DNA of 64,000 nucleotides from Callorhinchus milii (taxonomy: Eukaryota). Below are positions 11,063 to 22,569 of this stretch, one piece after another. Within the stretch, counting starts at the first letter, position 1; each line of letters opens with the position of its first letter. The stretch spans positions 36,086,001 to 36,150,000 of the forward strand of contig NW_024704742.1 in the NCBI RefSeq assembly GCF_018977255.1, given 5' to 3'. Made by a program: the position numbers and the translations under genes. Under the pieces are notes generated by a model that was given only the letters and a program-made list of their open reading frames with translations, did not search any database and was not told where the DNA came from.

Positions 11063-11306
11063 ATAAAAACAGAAGTCTCTGGGAACACTCAGCAGGTCAG
11101 GCAGCATCCATGAAGAGAGGAAAGTGAGTTAATGTTTCAGGGCGATCATCTTTCATCGATGACGTGACGAAAGGTCATCGACCTGAAATCCTAATATTAA
11201 CTCACTTTCCTCTCACCATAGATGCTGCCTGACCTGCTGAATATTGACAACAACTTCTGTTTTTATTTCAGATTTCCAGCATCTGCAGTATTCTGCTTTT
11301 TGTCAA
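11063..11306. mobile_element. Penelope-like (PLE) terminal-repeat remnant, inverted/palindromic, degenerate hammerhead motifs
   Basis: Inverted arms (CAGCAGGTCAGGCAGCATC / GATGCTGCCTGACCTGCTG); centre GTGACGAAAGGTCATCGACCTGAAA; degenerate TSD GAAGCGATATAAA (11050) / GAAGTGACATAAA (11307). Confidence 0.85.
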
Positions 11307-11749
11307 GAAGTGACATAAACTTGACTTGATGACTCAGCTACGGTCCAGTGAAATCGGCTATTCGACCTCACTAGAGCGAGGGTTGGGATTTTATGAATGC
11401 CAGCACAAAATAAGAAGCACATAACAGCACAGCACATTAAAATCAGCACATTATAACAAGGTTCCACTGTACATCATCGTCAATTTTGTGGTACTTCTTA
11501 ATCTAATTTCTTAATTAAGAAACACAGATGAGAGGGGACTCATTTGTAAGTTTTGCCAAAGCTATCCTAAAAAGCAAATCCCAGACATGTCCCAATGTCA
11601 CAGTTACTCCAAATGAATCCAGACACAAGCTGTTGGGATGTGGGCTGCCGTTGGGGTTGTTATGAAAGGTGTACATTTACCAATAAATGAAAAGTCACAA
11701 GGATATTTATTGCAAGGAAGAACCCCATACCTCGATTCTTCATCTTTAA

Positions 11750-12025
11750 ATTGTACAATTTACAGTTATATAGCGTCTTTCATGCCGTCTTAAAGTACTT
11801 GACATACTACTGGGCTCCCGAGTTGGGATAGGAGTCAAGAAGACAGGGGATAGTGGAGGGGTGGGATGACCGAAAGTATGGTCTGAAAGGTACGTCTTGA
11901 GATAGATCTTGAATGAGGGGAGGGAGGGAGCGAGCGAGTCAGAGGGACTCCAGGATTGATAGCAGGGCAGAGTGCTTGGAAGCTTGACCACTGATCCAGG
12001 GCTGAACAGGATGGGGGACATGCCC
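11750..12025 (-). mobile_element. L2 3' fragment, old
   Basis: Translation SLPSFKIYLKTYLSD plus L2-like tail. Confidence 0.75.
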
Positions 12026-14509
12026 AATCCCCATTTATTCTGCAGACGTGATGAAAAAATATAAATTGGGATGTGCTATAGTTATCAGAAGTAGATTGCA
12101 CATGTGCTTGAGAGAACACTGTTCTGAAAATCAGTCTGAGTTGCAGTGGTGTTCCCAAGAGTTAACAACAATGGCGTTCTGGATTTTTTTACGAAACAAA
12201 TCCCATAACATTCATCCCATTGGATGCTACGATGGGAAATGCAATGCACTAAAGGAACGAGCTTTGGGATGTCCTCCCGATGTGAAAGGCGCTCTATAAA
12301 TGTAACTTTGTTGTTGTGGTATTTTGTTGTTGTTGAGCTTTGATGGGCCGAAGGGGTTTTTAAAATTACGAATGTTTTTATGCTATAAAATCAAGGCAGA
12401 AAAACATCAGTAGTTGTTCAAAAACTGGCCTACACAGAATGTGAGCAGTGAGGACTCACACACTTTCCTGCTTAGAATTCTTTCCCCAGCAGCACAACTA
12501 CAACTGGGTGAACCTCTGCCTTCCACGTACATAAATTCAAACACAGAGTTAACCATCACCCCAGACTGATGGTATCCGAGTACAATTCTTCAAGATTTTT
12601 TTCTGTGCTTCCATCAAAAGCATATGATCTATGGGAGAATCTATTGGAGTCAATTTTGTGGCCCATTCGATTTACAGCACAAAGAATGCGTGACACAAAG
12701 CCTTCCCCAATCCATCACAAAACTGTTTTCCAAGGTGAAGCGGGGCTCACAGCATTAGTCTTCCTGCTGGTTGATCACACACATCTGCTATCAGTTGGTA
12801 TTTTATTTATTAAAAAGCTGTGACCCCTCTAACCGTCAGTGGACGGCTACAACTACTCTTTGGCACAATGATATAGGGGAAAATTTCCGTGCTCCCAATT
12901 GTGGTGAACTGAAAATTTCTGCAACTGAATTTATGAAATTGCCATGACTGAACTGGCATCCTGTGAAGCAGCATTCAACCATATCCAGATATTATTGGTG
13001 AGTCACTTCAAGTTTGTAGAACATTTCTGTGTGCAAATTGGCTGCTTCGTCTGCCTATAGGTACAGTTACTACACTTGACAGCTATTCATTGTGAAGCAC
13101 TCTGGGTCGCTTCCTGTTTACAAATATTATATTGGATGCAAGGATTATTATTATTGTTATCCACAATTTGACATGATAGGAACAAGAACTCAATGCAGGG
13201 AGTCACCCTCTGTGGAGCAAGGCATTGGTTGGGATTGCAGCCTCGATAATATAAATTAAGCAACACTGCCCTGAGACAGCAGAACAAGAACCTGAAGGGT
13301 GCATGAGTACTTTCATCATTGTACTTAATATTCAAGCTGTAAAACCCTCACTAAGCTCAGAAGAAGTGTATTATTTATGACAGAGTTTTTTCTATTTCAT
13401 ATTCGCTCTCAGACACGTGGGACAATAGTTAGTACTCCTGTGGCTGAGTGTATAATGAAGACCAGAAGGTATAAACTCCTTATACGAAGACTGCTTACTA
13501 ATGGATAATATTAATGAAAACACTCAAAGAAGCTCCGAGTTGTAGCAAATACTGGGAGAAATGATTCTGAGCTACAGGGGTGTGTACACAGTATGTGATA
13601 CGACGTGGCCAATTACATTTCTGGATACTGTTATTCAAAATGAATTTTAACACAGAAACAACTAAGATCCCAAACTCCTACTTGACTGATGCACACACTC
13701 CACTCTCTGTAATAGATGTTTTAACTTGAAGATGTGTTGACACGAGTGAGTCACTGAATAAAATAGAGGGTATTGATTTTAAAATAATCAAATGAGTCGA
13801 GCTCTTGGAGTTCTGACTGTGCAAGGCAACAAGGCTCACTCTCATTAATCCCAAAATAGAAAAGCTAATTACGTTTTCCATTAACATGCCACAAACTAAT
13901 GAATTGCTCGTGTCCAGGTTACAGCAGGACTGTGGCAGACTATTAAAGATGGACCACCTTTATTTTATAAATGCTAGGATAAATTCCCTGGGGTAAAAAA
14001 ATGCAACCTGTGATGTGTTAATTAACACTGGGGTTAATTAACATACCGTTGAAAAAAGGGAGCCAGTCGATGCCTTAACGTATCAACTGGTCCACGGGGG
14101 TGAAGCTCCCCCCCCCCACACACACACACACAATGTTACAATGGCTGGGCCTGAAGCCGACTGCAACACACATTGGATTCTCAACTCAAAAAAAATCAGA
14201 GTAAAACTGGTATCTCGCTAACTAGCACTCGGTGGACTGGATTCCAATGCATTGCTTCAGGCCAATCACTGTGACACAGTTGGGGATGGGCTGGGATGGG
14301 GGAAAGTCAGTCAAACCCACACGCCAGTCATTATCTTTAGCTATCAAGAGGATCGACTTTTCAATAGTGTTAAATAACACATCTCACGTTGCAATTTTCA
14401 CCACCTGTGATTTTTTTGCCCATTCATGTGTCAACTGCAGCTTAAAGAGTAAGGGATAGAAGAGGGGGGAAGTGCAGAACCTGAACTTACTAAAATAATA
14501 AGAGTAATA

Positions 14510-14675
14510 GTAATAATTCTTGCATTGGATACAGTGCCTTATCAAATCTTTGAGATGTCTCGAAGCGCTTCATAGAATACACTGTAAAGTGAATTGACTG
14601 TATATTTTATGGGCGAAACATGGCACCCAATTGCGCACAGCAATGTCCCACAAACAGTGGTGGATTGAGTAACCG
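14510..14675 (-). mobile_element. SINE family A, 3' half
   Basis: Matches the other family A copies in this window. Confidence 0.85.
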
Positions 14676-14891
14676 AAAAGATTTTGTTGCCAACAGCTTC
14701 TCAGACTCATTTTTATTTGGAGGAACTTGCAGAGTGTTCATGTTATAATTTTTAAAATTATATTCATAGTACTGGCAAGCACTGGAGACATTTAAGGTAA
14801 ACATTTCTACTTCACCAGGGACAGTTGGCAAATGCTTGGAACTGGATACAATAAAAACAACAACTCACATTTGCAAAGCACCTTTCAACTG

Positions 14892-15100
14892 TTTTGGTCA
14901 GCCAGGATGCTTAAGCCGCTCAATATGGTTTGGATACTCTCAAGCACGGTGATGGGTTTCCACATTTGTTAAGACACCCAACTGACCAAAAAGAATATCC
15001 AAACCAGACTAAAGGTTCCACATGTGTATTACCATCTATACACAGAAACTTCCCTGTGTCTGGAATGGAACGCGAACTGTCCCTGGAGGGACACCTCCTG
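14892..15100. repeat. Unclassified repeat U, copy 2, with internal inverted segment
   Basis: Forward start TTTTGGTCAGCCAGG, inverted block ~14926-14990, forward remainder GAATATCCAAACCAGAC...TGGAATGGAA. Confidence 0.7.
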
Positions 15101-15989
15101 GTGAACTCATTCCGGTGAGGATCAATATTAGCAGGTTGGGAAGGGTCGAGGGTTGGGGATCCCAGAGTATATTTTGGGATATTCCTGAAGTTTAACCAGC
15201 TAAAACTGCATAGCTTGCCATTGAGAGTACTTCTTACTGCTTGCTCAACTAGGACAATCACACCGTTTTGGGCTTTGGTTTGCAGAGTTAACAGGAGCTG
15301 AAGGGGAAGAACCCCTGCCCCTAAATAAGACTGATATCTTGATGCATGTAACAGATATAATATAAATAATTATAATAACAGAGAGCACCAAGTAGCAAAA
15401 AGACAAATTTAGGGAAGTTGATCAAAGCATATTTGAAGATATATGATTTTGAAGGTGGAGAATTCCAGTGGACAAGGGCATGGTGGCTGACAGCTTAGCC
15501 ACTCATGTGGAGCAGAAGGAGTGAGGAATGAGTAGTAGATCAGAATTGGAGGAGCAGAGGTACAAGCAGGAGAATAGGGCTGAAAGAGACCTATAATGTT
15601 AGTCTATATATAATATATAATATGTTTTGAGTGAAAAGTTCCTATTTAATTGCTTTCTATTCAACTTCACAAATTTTTGGATAAAATTTATTTCACTTGT
15701 GAAACCACACTACTGAGAGAGATGTGTACTTAATTAACTAATCTTATGTCCAGGATATGTGAGTGTGCCATGGGAGTGGTTCTGAAATCCAGTCCCCAAT
15801 GTGCAGTTAAAGTATTACAAGCTACTAATATTGAGCAGCTCCTAATTGTGGCATTGCTTGAAGCCAGATTTAGTTTTCGATTCTGTACTCCAAAATGTAG
15901 CACATAATATTGTTTACTCCAATGAAAGCTGTATAAATTATATTCTCCACAACATGATATTTGGAATGAGGAGTTTTATTACAGCGGGA

Positions 15990-16425
15990 TAACAATCCTT
16001 GCATTTGATATAGCGCCTTATCACGTCTTCAAGACGCTCAAAGCTCTTCACAGAATATACTGTAAAGTGAATTGACTATATTTTGTGGGTGAAACTCAAT
16101 TGCACACAGCAGTGTCCCACAAGCAGTCGTGGATTGAGTGACTAAAATATTATAATTTTTTACTTTTTAAAGGAATTATTACCTCCGGAAAAGCGATCCG
16201 CCAATCTACTATCAACCAACAACCAGGTATACTGCTAGGTAAACAGAGGCACGTGGAGTAAGGAAACTTGTCCACGACTGCTTGCGGGACACTGCTGTGT
16301 GCAATTGGCTGCCGAGTTTCGTCCACAAATATACAGTCAATTCACTTTACAGTATATTCTGCGAAGTGCTTTGAGACATCTCGAAGAGTAATAAGGCGCT
16401 ATATCAAGGATTATTATTATTATTA
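15990..16425. mobile_element. Head-to-head pair of family A SINEs (minus 15990-16270, plus 16271-16425)
   Basis: Both 3' tails point outward; junction GGAGTAAGGAAACTTG|TCCACGACTG. Confidence 0.9.
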
Positions 16426-16559
16426 ATTGCTCTGATTCGCTGAGCCTGATCAAAAAATTCCTCTTGAATTGTCAGGCCAAGGAATCAGTCAGCCATCTGG
16501 GTATCTCAATGGAATCTGGGACAGCAAAGGGAACTGTATCCTATTCCTCTCACCACCCG

Positions 16560-16765
16560 CCCCATCCAAATCCATTCATCTCCTTCCCCACCTCCACACT
16601 CACTATCCTTGGTGCTTATAGCTGCTTGTTACGCTGTAACTTGCTACCTGGGCCTTCATTGTAGTCCTTAAGTTCCTGCTGTGGGTCCAAAACACCTGAT
16701 TGACTAGCGCCCTGGGACCTCTTTCCGACATGATGGACGCTTTGCAGTGTAATTTTTTGTTGTTG
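16560..16765 (+). mobile_element. L2 3' fragment, old
   Basis: AGCGCCCTGGGACCTCTTTCCGACATGA...TGTAATTTTTTGTTGTTG tail. Confidence 0.6.
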
Positions 16766-17209
16766 CTAACTCTCCCTCCTTCAGCTCAGCTCCCCAAAGG
16801 CTCTGGAGCCACTCCTGTGGTGGTTGGCTCTGGTGACAAATCATATGGAAATCATTCAACATAGTAAATACAAAACATCTGCCCTTGGTTACATGCCATT
16901 TTTAATGTTCTGATAGTGGAGAGATTTCTATCTTCTGTTTTAGCAAAGCTCCTTATAGTCAGCTGTTATTTTTTTCTCTTATTTGCCACTGGGAGAGAGA
17001 GGAAAATCACTGTGATCGTAGCAAAGATCAATAATGCTATAATAACCCTTGCATTTGATATAGCACCTTTCACATTGGGAGGACGTCTCAAAGTGCTTCA
17101 CAGGTTTTACAGTGAACTGTAAATTGGAGTAACTCACTGCAATCCATAAATTTAATCATGAGTTTCTCACAGTGAGCTAGCGACCATCAATTCAGAAAGT
17201 TCCCCTCCT

Positions 17210-17445
17210 CCCAACCTGTCTTTCTCCATTGTTCCACCACTGCAATCTCCTGCAACCCTAATGAACAATCGCTCCCTCTACTCAGCAAACACCGCTCACC
17301 TTAAAACTTAGTTCTTTGACTGTTCTTTCGGTCATCTTCTCCCCAGCCCCCACCCACCTGGCTCGTGGGCTGAGCCAGCTGTAGAAAGTGCTTTTAGAAT
17401 GTCCTTCCAACATGAAAGGCACTGCATAGATGTAAATTGTATTGT
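17210..17445 (+). mobile_element. L2 3' fragment, old
   Basis: CTTAAAAC...TTTGAC...TTCGGTCA and GTCCTTCCAACATGAAAGGCACT...ATGTAAATTG tail. Confidence 0.65.
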
Positions 17446-18659
17446 ACTGATAATTCTCACATTGTGGATTATTGTGATCCAAACCAATCTTCAATTTCCA
17501 ACTGGTTTCAGGTGTGAACCCTTCCTCCCCCATCTTTGACTTCAGCACAATAGTTTGACCCAAAGCTGGGTGCCGCATGTTGGAAGCTGCTTCATGGGCC
17601 TTGAACTCACCACATAACAGTTTTCCTCTATTTCAAAGCTTCATCATAAATTACTTTCAATAGATTTTATTCATCTTGAATGAATTAGACAGATCTTCTT
17701 TAATATAAAAACACTGAATGTAGCTTGTCATTTCACTTTAGTATCATGAAACACAACGGAGTACACAAACCAAAGTACTCGTGCAGCCTCTTCCTGCCCT
17801 CTTACCAGGTATGACATATTGGCTCCTCTACGTTAACTAAATCTGTCACTTCTTGCCAGATCTTTTCACTTTGCAGGCTCCCACTGCCATCCATGAAGAC
17901 TTTGGTAGCTGTCTGTAACCACACTAATTAAAGCCATTATGGCTTTGTTGCTAAAATCAGCTTTTCCTCGAGCAATTAAGTACTCCTCATGGGGATTCAC
18001 TTATTCGTAGTGTCAAATTATCAGTCGTTCATTTATAGATTATTTAGGGGTCATATTACTGCTCGTCCATCAATGGCTGCTGAACTACCTCGAGACCTAA
18101 CACACCATTAACCTACAGGCCATTCAAGGTGTTTTCTGAAACGCTTCATTTTCATTTACTTTTTTAGCCTCTTCCCATTTCCATAAATAACTTGTTTTGC
18201 TCAATCTATGCACGATGGACTCCAGTAAACCTGACAAACTGATGACTTCACCATCTGTTTCCAACACAAGCCATATTGGAAGATGATTGATAAATACTGC
18301 AGGCACTGTGCAAAAACTGATATAATACAGATAGCTGGCACGGGTGCAATCTCAAAGCAACCAGCTCCGAGGTTATGATGGCACATCTGTCAAAATTTAA
18401 AATAGAGTCCTATCTGTCATCAGGTGGCACAAACAACAAATCCCTTTCAGTAGTTCATTCCCTTCATCACGAAAAAAACCTTCCTATTTTGCAGTAGACA
18501 GAGTAAAACAGTGACTAGAATCTCTGCACCAACGTTGCTTCTCTTTGTGCGTTTTGATGGTCCATCAGCGTGAAAGACTGCCCTTCTTGTAAGCACCAGG
18601 CTGCTCTTAATCACATATGTTATGAGGAGGAGACAGCCACAAACCAAAGTGGCTCTGTT

Positions 18660-18830
18660 TATAGAAATGCACAGGACATTAGAAGGCCATTTGGCCCATC
18701 GAACCAATCCATCCACTGGTCTCATCTAATCCCAATTCCCGGCTCTTTTCCCATATCCTTTTAGATTACTGTATTATTTCTCCTAAAATATTTATCCAGT
18801 TTCCTTTTGAATCATATTTCAGTCTTAGCT
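18660..18830 (-). mobile_element. CR1-type 3' end fragment
   Basis: AGAAGGCCATTTGGCCCATC...CCCATATCC is the reverse complement of the CR1 tails at ~34010 and ~60540. Confidence 0.7.
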
Positions 18831-18897
18831 TCAATGTTGATTTAAATTTAAAAGGCTCTTTGGACAGGCTGGCAAGAAGAAGGAGACAGGCTGGCAA

Positions 18898-19213
18898 GCA
18901 GTCCTGTAGATCAGTGGTTAGAGCACTTGCTTTGCAAGCGAGAGACCTGGGTTCGATTCCCAGTAGGATGAAACCTTGGGCAAGTTTCCTTACGCCACAA
19001 GCCTGATAATTATCCCTCAAAAAAAGCAATAATAAATTGGTCACTTCGATCCACGACTGTTTGTGGGATACTGCTGTGTGCAATTGGCTGCCGCATTTCA
19101 CCCACAGATATACAGTCAATTCACTTTACAGTCTATTCTGTGAAGCGCTTTGAGACGCCTGGAAGATGTGAAAAGCGCTATATCAAATAAGGATTATTAT
19201 TATTATTATTATT
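18898..19213 (+). mobile_element. SINE family A, full length (short variant), tRNA-Ala(TGC)-derived head
   Basis: A box TAGATCAGTGG, anticodon loop TTTGCAA, B box GGTTCGATTCC, body, L2-like tail and (ATT)n. Confidence 0.95.
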
Positions 19214-19258
19214 AAGATCTGGATCCCCTTATCCCAGGACATTTAGCATTGGATTATA

Positions 19259-19322
19259 CAACAACAACAAAATTACATTTGTATAGCACCTTTCACATCG
19301 GGAGGAAATCCCAAGGCACTGG
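19259..19322 (-). mobile_element. Solo L2 3' tail (~65 bp)
   Basis: CAACAACAACAAAATTACATTTGTATAGCACCTTTCACATCGGGAGG.AATCCCAAGGCACTGG; similar solo tails at ~43457 and ~53128. Confidence 0.85.
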
Positions 19323-20439
19323 AATGCACAGACAATGCTGAACGTTCCTGGGGTTGAGATGAGCTCCAAGGTGGTCCAAATCGTCTATTGGACCTAATGG
19401 AACAGTTCTGGTTCATTACCTCAGGATGCATCAGCAGAGTGAAAGGAAATGTGTCCCATGCTTTGTGTTAAGGCAAGACTGCCTCACTATAGAGAAAATC
19501 GTGGGTGGAAAACAATGTGCTTTTGTCTGTTTCCAGTGATAGTATTGAACTTTGAAAAGAATACTCACTCTAGACTTCATTTCACCCATTTAAGATTTTT
19601 TTTAAATAAAGTCTGACTGAGCTCGCCTACCAAATATACAAAGGATTGAAAGCACAAATGACTTGTTTTGAAGCTTTAATTAAGATATCTTAATTTAGGT
19701 TTCTTAATTTAGCAACCTCACTGTAACGTGGTTGTGCTGGCAAGATAAAAGTGGAGGTGACAGGCATCGGTGTAGTTCCAGTGGGGAGACACACTTTAGT
19801 ACACTTTAATGGTATGAATGGTTAAACGCACATGTTGTGATAAAGTACCAATATTCCTGGCATCACCTCCATTATGTGTGAAAGGAGCAAAGAAACCTAA
19901 TTGAACAAGTATAATTATTATTTTGTTTTTTTTCCAGTACCTTTGAGTGAAGGTCAACAAAGGGAAATGGTACTTTGGGAGGGGTGGGAGGAAGTATGTG
20001 AAGTGATAACTTTACTGGTGATAGTTAGCACAAGTTCAGAAAATAAGATAAAATGTGTCTTTTAAACCTAACTTTAGGTTGGGAACAGAACTCCCTCCCC
20101 CTCAAAATACCTCAATGTTTGTTTTTAGTTGGCGAGGTTTGCAACTTAGGCAGAGATTCAGGCAACAGCCAGGTTAAATGTTTGAAACATCCCCCTGACG
20201 TGAAAGGTGCTGTATAAATGTAAATTGTGTTGTGTTATAACTATGCAATGTTTTTCATTTTACCTTTTAATCTTAATTTTAAAACCGTAATTGGTGAAAC
20301 TGGGTCGAACCCTTGACTTGGAATCATTTCAGGCTCCCAACTTCCTCGCCAGCCTCCCCCCACACAATCAATGTTGGGTGGGTGGGTGGGGTGGGGGGTG
20401 AAGGGAAGGAGACCTAAACTGATGCCGAACATAGGCACA

Positions 20440-20620
20440 GCCATTACCCACACTCAGCTGCCTTCACCCAAGTGCTCATTCTTTATTTGCGAACATAGGT
20501 TTTGAGTGTTGCCAAGTTATTGACTGTCCTAGCCTGATCCCAGCCAGTCCTGTCCTCATTATCAGAAGCCCCTGGAAGAAATGGTTTGATTTCTCCAGAA
20601 TCTCCCTCTCTCTCACTTCC
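20440..20620 (-). mobile_element. SINE family B fragment
   Basis: CCCAAGTG.TCATTCTT...GTGTTGCCAAGTTATT...CCTGTCCTCA matches the copy at 4940. Confidence 0.6.
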
Positions 20621-20844
20621 AGGATTTATAGAAAACTGGCTGCAAGAATTACTTTTTGGCCCTGAAATGTCTTTTGTTGAAATTTGTCTGTCATTCCGTA
20701 ACTGATTATAACCTTATGGCACCACAAAGACATATTTGCAGTGGCTATACACATCTATAAAATATTTAGTGTTGACTAGAAATCTCTCCCAAATCTTTTC
20801 AAATATACTCTTTCCAAACTGACTGAGGAAAAACACATTGTTCT

Positions 20845-21215
20845 ATAGAATCATTGAATGTTTATTGCCCAGGAAGCTGTTCAGCACGTCATGTCTGTGC
20901 TAGTCCTAGCTTTGTAGCTGTCTACTCTAATCCCATTCATTTTTTCCCTACAGTTCTGAATGCTGGTTTTCCTCAAGTATTTATCCAATTTCTTAAATGA
21001 ATCCAATTTTTTTTAAATGATATTATTTGCTCAGATTTAAAAGCCATTGTGATAAGGAATTGCATACGCTGTTAACCCTAGAGATTAATGAAAAATTCTA
21101 ACCTCTCTTTTTCTTGTAATAATGCTGATTGTATGCTCGGTTGCTTATATTCTTGAAAATGGTCTTTCTTCATTTTCCCTTATGGAACCATTCAAACATC
21201 TGAAAACCTCCATGT
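20845..21215 (-). mobile_element. CR1 3' region, very degraded
   Basis: Tail TAGAATCATTGAATG.. and residual similarity to the reverse complement of 33700-34050. Confidence 0.55.
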
Positions 21216-22379
21216 GAAAAAGCACTGTTAAATTATACACGCTTCCATCAATAGAAAATGGGCTTTATCACCTCTGTGCATAAAGCGATCATGTCAGAGC
21301 AGAAAAAACAAAATCAGGTTCTGCAGTCAAAAATCAAACTATCACATCTTCTGGTGCCACAGTCGATATCCATATTATAGTCATCGGCGTGAAAATGACA
21401 GCAAGACTGGGAGAGTTTCATGCACATTAACCTTGAAATCCAGCAGGAATTGGAAATAAAATTGTTATTTAATGCTTCAGCAAGCAACTTGGTTTTAGTG
21501 TCACAAACAACTCTTCGGAAATAACAAAGCAAGCAGCCAAGGGACTTTCCAAGCAGCTTGCTGCTAAAAGCGCCCTGATTCCTCTGGATAACATGGGATT
21601 TAGAAGAAAAGAAATAACAAGTAGAAGTGACAACCACAACAATATTGTGGAAAATTCAAAGGTGCAGAAAAACAAAGCGATTTGACAGAGCTGCTGTCTT
21701 GCGGCTTTCTCAGTTACAAACACTCAACAGTATGTTGAAATTGTCATGTGGGATCTGAGGTGGAAAAACAGTGACAAGATTTAAGTTTTGTTTTGAAGGG
21801 CACGGAGGGCTTGCTCCAAAAGCTAAGGGATTTGAAATACCTTGGTGAAGCAAATATTGTTTTCTCAATTTCTCTTGATGTTCTTTAAAATGTGCAATTT
21901 CTAATCTGGGAATGAGAGTGCCTCTGGATAAAATTAATCAGTTTCTGACAATCCACAACACCATTTATGCATACTTAGGAGGAAGCAATTAATCCTCATC
22001 ACCTCTGTTGACATTAGTCAATGCTTTGCACGCATTCAATGACTTGTAGGTGCAACCTCGACAGCTTCTCAAACCTCAGTTAAGTTTAGTCAATGGGTAA
22101 AGGTTCCATCAAACAACAAGATGTAGGCTATGTATTTCTCTAATATAAATCAATGTGTTGTAGAAACAATCAAAAGCACTGCTGCGGTAGCATACATGTG
22201 CGGTTTAGAAACATTCCTGGTTGATTTGTGGGTTGGATGTTCAATGGACCTGTCAAATTAAACGTTAGGGTTTCTTTCGGGATAGATTGTAACATTAAGT
22301 TTACCTGTTAGAGGCCCGAAAGCTGCCTTTAGATCACCAGAACGTAAATCTAATTACCTAATTATAGTAGGACAGGGCA

Positions 22380-22560
22380 GGGGAGGAGCCTGGGCCTACC
22401 TACCCAGGTATTTAAACTCGACGCCGGAGCGAGATCAGCTCGGGGGGGAGGGGGGGGAAGTGTCGGGCGGGGCGGTGTGGGGGCGGAGCGGGGGAACCGC
22501 TGACGTCATAGATTAGTTTTCAGGTGCGCGCGCAATAATAAAAAAAAAACTCTGCGCCCC
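22380..22560. promoter_or_regulatory. GC/CpG-rich promoter-like block
   Basis: TATTTAAA at 22409-22416, three GGGCGG boxes at 22465-22486, perfect CRE TGACGTCA at 22501-22508, retained CpGs, long G-runs. Confidence 0.55.
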
Positions 22561-22569
22561 CCCCCACCC

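Noticed and set aside
17505..17530. Minus-strand GAAGGGTTCACACCTGAAAC resembling hammerhead stem II plus GAAA
   Set aside because: The CUGANGA core is absent and there is no flanking PLE repeat.
18898..18968. tRNA-Ala-like cloverleaf (also at ~4500-4570 and ~62520-62592)
   Set aside because: Continues into a SINE body and tail; these are SINE heads, not tRNA genes.
22156..22164. TGTTGTAGA as a possible TSD for the endonuclease-only L2
   Set aside because: Mostly overlaps the (TTG)n tail, so too weak to define the 5' end.
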